A stretch of DNA of 64,000 bases from a virus. Both the position numbers and the translations under genes were made by a program. The notes below the pieces were generated by a model. It worked only from the letters and a program-made list of their open reading frames with translations. It searched no databases and was not told where the DNA came from. Below, one piece after another: positions 58,595 through 64,000 of the stretch. The stretch spans positions 7,145-71,144 of IMG/VR virus record IMGVR_UViG_3300030104_005504; one strand, given 5' to 3'. Numbering within the stretch: the stretch's first letter is position 1; each line of letters starts with the position of its first letter.

Positions 58595-58900
58595 ATGGCA
58601 AGTATAATAAAAACTTCTATAAATCTTTCTGAAATACCGAAAGATAAAATATTCGTAGGGAAGAAAGGTAAGTACCTACCAATAACAATAACACTGAACG
58701 ATGAAGTCGATCAATTTGGAAATCAAGGTCCAGTAGTTGTTGAGCAAACTAAAGATGAAAGAGAGGCTAAAGTAGCTAAAACTTATCTTGGTAATGCTAG
58801 AGTAATTTGGACAAATGGAGATAATGTTGCTCCAGCTCCAAGAGATAATCAACCAGCGGCTGAACCAGCACCCGTTAAAGAAGCTGATCTACCGTTTTAA
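58595..58900 (+). CDS. putative single-stranded DNA-binding protein (Bacteroidota phage type)
   Basis: INLSEIPK...GKKGKYL...DQFGN...YLGN; C-terminal DLPF tail. Confidence 0.7.
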   Translation: MASIIKTSINLSEIPKDKIFVGKKGKYLPITITLNDEVDQFGNQGPVVVEQTKDEREAKVAKTYLGNARVIWTNGDNVAPAPRDNQPAAEPAPVKEADLPF

Positions 58901-60621
58901 TGAATATTGAGAATACAGAGATCAATGGATTCTTGATTGATAAATTCAATCAATATAGTCTAAAACCTGGAAGCACCCAAGGCATTTGCCCTTTGTGCTC
59001 CCACACTAGGCAACCTAAAAATAGGAAGTTACAATGTGCTTCTTACGATTGGGAACGTGGTCTCGGCACTTGTCATAACTGTGACACTAGTTTTCAATTA
59101 CACACTTACCAACGTAAGGGTAATGCCACTAGAGAATATGTAAAACCAATACCGGTTGAAGTATTCGAACCAGTTAAAGACAAGGCTGTTGAATGGTTTA
59201 AAACTAGAGGTATATCTCAACAAACGTTAGACGACTTATACGTTACAACAGGCGATGAGTTTATGCCTCAAACAGGCCAAAAAGAAAATACTATACAATT
59301 TAATTACATTATGGGTGATGAGCTTGTTAATGTAAAGTATAGAGATGGTCGCAAAAACTTTAAACTATACAAAGGTGCTGAAAAGATATTCTACAATATA
59401 AATAGTATTGTAGGTTATGACTGGTGTGTTATCACTGAAGGTGAAATGGATGCGTTAGCGTTACACGAAGCTGGAATTAAAAATGTGATATCAGTTCCTA
59501 ACGGTGCCACGTTGAACAGCAATAATCTAGATTATCTAGATAATTGTATTGATTATTTTGAAGACAAGGAAAAAATTATATTAGCAGTCGATGCTGATGA
59601 GGCTGGTCAAGCTTTAAGATATGAGTTTATTAGGCGTCTTGGTGCTGAGGTTTGCTATTTAGTAGATTTCAACGGCAATAAAGATCCTAATGACTTCTTA
59701 ATAGAACATGGAGCGGAGGAACTTAGAAATGTTATAACATCTGCCATACAGGTTCCACTAGAGGGCGTTTCAACTCTTAAAGATATAGAAGCTGAACTAC
59801 TCGACTTTGTACACAATGGTTTTAAACCTGGCTTTCAAGTTGGTTTAGAGAACTTTGATAGAATATTCTCTACATATACCTCACAGTTTATAACTGTTAC
59901 AGGCATACCATCATCTGGTAAGTCAGATTTTGTAGACCAAATGTGTATAGGTTATAATAAGAATTATGGTTGGAAGACAGCTTATGCTTCTCCTGAGAAC
60001 AAACCTAATTTTTTACATGCCCACAAGCTAATACGTAAAACATGGGAAGGAATGCCAACGAAAGATGATGTTGGCAGTGATAAGTGGAAACAAATCACTG
60101 AACATATTAATGATAATTATTTCTTTATTGATATGGATAGGTATACACTTGAAGACGTATTGCGTAAGGGCGCTGAGCTTGTAAAACGTAAAGGTATTAA
60201 ATGTTTAGTCATTGATCCTTTTAATAAAATTAGAGATGTTGACTGTAAGACTGAAGATGTTAATCGTTATACTATGGAGTACTTAACTAAGATCGAGACG
60301 TTTGCTAAAAAGTATGATGTGTTGGTGATGGTTGTTGCTCACCCTACTAAAATGTATAGAGACAAAGAAGGTAAGATTGAAGAACCTACGATGTATAGTA
60401 TTAAGGGTGGTGGCGAATGGTATGACGCGAGTTATCACGGCTTACTTGTACATAGGGATTACGAAGCTGGAACCGTTAAGGTTAAAGTTCTCAAGGTCAA
60501 GTTTCAAAACCTAGGTGAAAACCAAGCTGAAGCTCATTTTAATTGGGAACCAAAATCGGGTAGTTACATACCGTTAGTAACCGACACAGCTGATGTTGGA
60601 CCTTTACCATGGGAAAGTTAA
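58900..60621 (+). CDS. primase-helicase (T7 gp4/Twinkle-like)
   Basis: CPLC...CHNC zinc ribbon, TOPRIM ITEGEMDAL and D.DEAG, Walker A GIPSSGKS, VIDPFN, VAHP. Confidence 0.92.
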   Translation: MNIENTEINGFLIDKFNQYSLKPGSTQGICPLCSHTRQPKNRKLQCASYDWERGLGTCHNCDTSFQLHTYQRKGNATREYVKPIPVEVFEPVKDKAVEWFKTRGISQQTLDDLYVTTGDEFMPQTGQKENTIQFNYIMGDELVNVKYRDGRKNFKLYKGAEKIFYNINSIVGYDWCVITEGEMDALALHEAGIKNVISVPNGATLNSNNLDYLDNCIDYFEDKEKIILAVDADEAGQALRYEFIRRLGAEVCYLVDFNGNKDPNDFLIEHGAEELRNVITSAIQVPLEGVSTLKDIEAELLDFVHNGFKPGFQVGLENFDRIFSTYTSQFITVTGIPSSGKSDFVDQMCIGYNKNYGWKTAYASPENKPNFLHAHKLIRKTWEGMPTKDDVGSDKWKQITEHINDNYFFIDMDRYTLEDVLRKGAELVKRKGIKCLVIDPFNKIRDVDCKTEDVNRYTMEYLTKIETFAKKYDVLVMVVAHPTKMYRDKEGKIEEPTMYSIKGGGEWYDASYHGLLVHRDYEAGTVKVKVLKVKFQNLGENQAEAHFNWEPKSGSYIPLVTDTADVGPLPWES

Positions 60622-60872
60622 GAGAGGAACACGGTAAATACCCTAAACACGAAAGACAAGATTTAACGTCTTATAGTTGGTGTTTTAATAATGGTATTAA
60701 AATAGGACCGATTCCTCTTTGGAATGAAAACTATGGTAATTGGACAGTGGAAATAACAATGAACGGTAAAAGAAACACTGATCCTAATAAATACAAAAAG
60801 GAAAGTATTATGCATAAAGTGTATGAATACTGTGATTACTATTATAATAAATATAAAAAAGATGGAGAATAG
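60609..60872 (+). CDS. hypothetical protein
   Basis: WCFNNGIKI...YYYNKY; overlaps both neighbours. Confidence 0.65.
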   Translation: MGKLREEHGKYPKHERQDLTSYSWCFNNGIKIGPIPLWNENYGNWTVEITMNGKRNTDPNKYKKESIMHKVYEYCDYYYNKYKKDGE

Positions 60873-61512
60873 ATTTAAAAATGCAAATGAAGCTTTTAAG
60901 TATTTTAAATGGCAAATACCAGAATATGGTATTGAATTTGATGACACACAAGCTTTATTTAATGTTGGTTTCTACTTAGAAAATCCAATGGACAATTTAA
61001 TTGAAGATCAAGATCGTAATTGGAAATGGGATTATGCTGAAGCTGAATGGCAATGGTATTTATCTGGCGATAACAATATAGAAAAGTTAGGTGAACTGTA
61101 TGGTAAAGTACCTGAGATATGGAAACGCATGGCTGATGATAGTGGTTGTGTTAATTCTAACTATGGTTGGCAATGGGAAAGAAATGACCAACTAGATTGT
61201 GTTATAGATTTACTAAAGCATAATCCTAAAACTAGACAAGCTGCTATATCTATATACGATCGTAAGGAAGGTTACATATACGATAATGACACACCATGTA
61301 CTTACGCTGTACAGTTTACAATTATAGGACAAAAGCTTAATATGTGTGTTGCGATGCGTTCTAATGACCTCTGGTACGGTTTTTGTAACGATCAATACTG
61401 TTTTTCTAAGTTACAGGAATTAGTTGCTACAGAGACAGGTTTATTAATAGGTAGTTATTACCATTTCGCACACAATTTACATCTTTATGATAATATAATT
61501 GAAAAGCTATGA
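60862..61512 (+). CDS. thymidylate synthase family, dCMP hydroxymethylase (T4 gp42)-like
   Basis: VNSNYGW, TRQA, DTPCT, MRSNDLWYGFCND, NLHLY; ATG 60862 preferred. Confidence 0.8.
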   Translation: MENRFKNANEAFKYFKWQIPEYGIEFDDTQALFNVGFYLENPMDNLIEDQDRNWKWDYAEAEWQWYLSGDNNIEKLGELYGKVPEIWKRMADDSGCVNSNYGWQWERNDQLDCVIDLLKHNPKTRQAAISIYDRKEGYIYDNDTPCTYAVQFTIIGQKLNMCVAMRSNDLWYGFCNDQYCFSKLQELVATETGLLIGSYYHFAHNLHLYDNIIEKL

Positions 61513-62333
61513 TAGATAATAAATATGTAATATACCACATACCAGGAAAAAAGATCGGTGTTACAAACGACTTGTATAATAGAGTTGAATGTCAACAAGG
61601 TTATGAGGTAGGTGAGTATGAAGTTCTTGAATCATCTGATGATATAGATTATATATCTAAGCGTGAAATAGAGCTTCAAAAAAGTTATGGTTATAGAGTT
61701 GATCTAAAACCATACAACGAACTGAGTGTTAATTTAAAATTAAAAAATATGAAGATAAACGTTACGGAACAAACTACTACGTTTCCGTGTCCACTCAACA
61801 AACTTAAAGGTCAGTTGATGGATAATCTTGAAATGCATTGGACAACAGAACATGGCAATGCTTATTTAGATACTGATCTAATTAAATGGATAGTTAAAAA
61901 CGCTAAAACATCTATGTTTAATAACGACAGGTGTTATGTTTACAACAAAGCTATGATTAAGTATTTAGATCACAAAAGATATAAGAATGAAATCGATGAA
62001 CTTCCATTTAAAGAAGATTTCTATGAACATGAAGACGATGTAGTTTTTTACTTTGATATGATTAGAGACTGGGCTGAAGAGCGTGGTATATACGCGAATG
62101 GAGATCCTAAAACTCAATCACTAAAATTAGTTGAAGAAGTTGGCGAGACTTGTCGAGCTATACTTAAACAAAACAAAGATGATGCTATGGATGGTATCGG
62201 TGATTGCGTTGTTGTGTTAACTAATTTAGCTGAGTTATTAGATACATCAATTGAAGAGTGTGTTGAAAGAGCTTATGCTGAGATAAGTAATAGAACTGGT
62301 AAAATGAAAAATGGAACATTTGTAAAAGATTAA
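61509..62333 (+). CDS. fusion protein: N-terminal GIY-YIG-like region plus C-terminal MazG-like NTP pyrophosphohydrolase
   Basis: YVIYHIPGKKIGVT..L..R; WAEERGI...KLVEEVGE...DGIGD..VVL...AYAEI..RTGKM.NGTFVKD. Confidence 0.75.
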   Translation: MIDNKYVIYHIPGKKIGVTNDLYNRVECQQGYEVGEYEVLESSDDIDYISKREIELQKSYGYRVDLKPYNELSVNLKLKNMKINVTEQTTTFPCPLNKLKGQLMDNLEMHWTTEHGNAYLDTDLIKWIVKNAKTSMFNNDRCYVYNKAMIKYLDHKRYKNEIDELPFKEDFYEHEDDVVFYFDMIRDWAEERGIYANGDPKTQSLKLVEEVGETCRAILKQNKDDAMDGIGDCVVVLTNLAELLDTSIEECVERAYAEISNRTGKMKNGTFVKD

Positions 62334-62336
62334 TAT

Positions 62337-62618
62337 ATGAGTAGTAGAGAAATAATGGAAGCTAAGGGTTTCAGTAGAAACGACTATAATGGAGAGTTTA
62401 GAGATCCTGTTGTAAAACGTGTAGTACAAAAATTCAGAGACAGATCAGACGCTGGTTTTGTAAAGTATGGTACGACTCTAGATGAAGAGAGAACAACGAA
62501 AATGAAAGGTCTTATGAAGTATTTAATTGATATTCAAGAAGAACTTATGGATGCAATACTGTATATACAGACTGCACAGGAAGAACTTAAAGAACAGTTA
62601 GATGAGAAAAAGACGTAA
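62337..62618 (+). CDS. all-alpha NTP-PPase-like small protein
   Basis: RS..G..KYGTTL...QEELMDAILY. Confidence 0.6.
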   Translation: MSSREIMEAKGFSRNDYNGEFRDPVVKRVVQKFRDRSDAGFVKYGTTLDEERTTKMKGLMKYLIDIQEELMDAILYIQTAQEELKEQLDEKKT

Positions 62619-63042
62619 AAAAAATGGACCTGTCAGGTCTAAAAAGGTTATGTTTGACGGTATAACCTTTGCTTCTGGTCTAGAAAGGTATATGTATCAA
62701 GCTCTTAAAAAAGCTAAAATAAAAGCTGATTATGAAGGTGAAACATTTACTTTAATAGATGGGTTTGAATTTGATACTACTAGTTATGAAAGACAATCTA
62801 ACGGTAAAGGAGAATTTAAAAACAGGGGAGACAAAAAGATATTACCAATACGATACACACCAGACTTTGTTAATAGTAAGTTTATAATAGAGTGTAAGGG
62901 TCGAGCGAACGAAAGTTTTCCTATGAGATGGAAACTGTTCAAGAGAATGATTAATAAACAACGACCATATGTAACTTTATATAAGCCTCAAAACCAGAAA
63001 GAGTGTGATCAGGTAGTAGAGTTAATAACTAAAAATAAATAA
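62602..63042 (+). CDS. T7 endonuclease I-like nuclease/resolvase
   Basis: FASGLE, YTPDF, IECKG. Confidence 0.8.
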   Translation: MRKRRKKNGPVRSKKVMFDGITFASGLERYMYQALKKAKIKADYEGETFTLIDGFEFDTTSYERQSNGKGEFKNRGDKKILPIRYTPDFVNSKFIIECKGRANESFPMRWKLFKRMINKQRPYVTLYKPQNQKECDQVVELITKNK

Positions 63043-63043
63043 T

Positions 63044-63187
63044 ATGAATTGGGAATTTAGTGTAGGATTTTATCCTGGTATACTTTTTGGAATGAGAAGC
63101 TATACCGAACGAAATAAACAAAACCACGTAATATATCTACCACTTGTAGATTTTTGTTTAACAATATTTAAAAAGAAAGGAAAATAA
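63044..63187 (+). CDS. 47-aa hypothetical protein
   Basis: MNWEFSVGFYPGILFGMRSY...HVIYLPLVD; TAATG-coupled to the RNR. Confidence 0.65.
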   Translation: MNWEFSVGFYPGILFGMRSYTERNKQNHVIYLPLVDFCLTIFKKKGK

Positions 63188-64000
63188 TGAAAGAGATTAA
63201 TAGTAACATTTTATCTGATATCACTGTTCATATGAAATATGCTAAATATGTTCCTGAGTTAAACCGTAGAGAAACTTGGAATGAATTAGTAGATAGAAAT
63301 ATAGCAATGCATATTAAGAAATATCCAAAGTTGGAAGTAGAAATAAGAAAAGCATATAGTTATGTGTATGCTAAAAAGATTTTACCATCTATGAGAAGTT
63401 TACAGTTTGCTGGAAAGCCAATTGAAATCTCACCTAATAGATTGTATAATTGTTCTTATCTACCAGTTGATAGCTTAGACGCATTCAACGAGATAATGTT
63501 CCTATTGTTATCAGGATGTGGAGTCGGTTATTCGGTTCAACAGCACCATATAAAACAATTACCATTTTTAATGAAACCGTTTAGAGGAAGATCTAGACGT
63601 TTTGTTATAGGTGATTCGATTGAAGGTTGGTCTGACGCTGTTAAGGTGTTAATTAGATCTTATCTTGGAGAGAAAAGAGCTTCAAGAATAATATTTGATT
63701 ATACTGATATCAGACCTAAAGGTGCTAGGCTAGTGACATCAGGTGGTAAAGCACCTGGTCCACAGCCTCTGAAAGAGTGCTTAATTAAAATTGAAGGTAT
63801 TCTTGAATCCAAAGACGATGGTTCAACGTTGACATCATTAGAAACACATGATATTATATGTCATATAGCCGATGCTGTATTAGCTGGTGGTATTAGACGA
63901 GCTGCATTAATTAGTTTGTTTACTGCTACTGACGATGATATGATATCTTGTAAGTCTGGTAATTGGTGGGAAACTAATCCACAAAGAGGTAGATCAAATA
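63187..64000 (+). CDS. nrdJ: class II (adenosylcobalamin) ribonucleotide reductase, partial
   Basis: RRETW, LPSMRSLQFAG, YNC, LLSGCGVGYS, IRPKGARL.TSGGKAPGP.PL, AGGIRRAALI; runs off window end. Confidence 0.9.
   Translation, partial: MKEINSNILSDITVHMKYAKYVPELNRRETWNELVDRNIAMHIKKYPKLEVEIRKAYSYVYAKKILPSMRSLQFAGKPIEISPNRLYNCSYLPVDSLDAFNEIMFLLLSGCGVGYSVQQHHIKQLPFLMKPFRGRSRRFVIGDSIEGWSDAVKVLIRSYLGEKRASRIIFDYTDIRPKGARLVTSGGKAPGPQPLKECLIKIEGILESKDDGSTLTSLETHDIICHIADAVLAGGIRRAALISLFTATDDDMISCKSGNWWETNPQRGRSN

Noticed and set aside
48521-62429. Minus-strand ORFs in the plus-strand arm (48521, 48732, 50263, 52619, 54942, 56543, 60663, 61213, 62247)
   Set aside because: Antisense to real genes, promoters or RNAs; low-complexity translations
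1-64000. Stop-codon reassignment as in some crAss-like phages
   Set aside because: Genes are full length in code 11; TAG and TGA both act as stops; the only canonical tRNA is Arg(UCU), not a suppressor

Overview
AT-rich (~30% GC by eye) fragment of a lytic dsDNA tailed phage with podovirus architecture, most similar to marine Bacteroidota/Flavobacteria (Cellulophaga/crAss-related) phages. Translation starts are A/T-rich and lack Shine-Dalgarno sites; the genetic code is standard. Bases 1-48266 are a minus-strand late arm: tail fibres, a methyltransferase, a 2942-aa cargo polyprotein, a 2708-aa tail stabilisation protein, ring proteins, major capsid, scaffold, portal, terminase, holin, GroES/GroEL and small cargo-like proteins. 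A C-run (G-quadruplex-prone) island at ~48.4 kb marks the strand switch. Bases 48.5-54 kb are a plus-strand early region with 8 copies of a promoter-like motif (ACAAANTAAATACGA-N9-GATAAT), micro-ORFs, tRNA-Arg(UCU), three tRNA-like elements and two structured non-coding blocks. Replication and nucleotide-metabolism genes follow: ligase, DenV, sigma factor, ERF, exonuclease, primase-helicase, dCMP-hydroxymethylase-like TS, NTP-PPases, endonuclease I and NrdJ. The best candidate for a novel system is inferred, not tested: the cargo polyprotein contains a zincin protease, a sigma70 region-2-like domain and a HAD phosphatase, separated by a recurring [KM][LF]SE motif. It may be an injected, self-processing sigma-like factor that drives the early promoter array. 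All calls come from motif recognition by eye; no searches were run.
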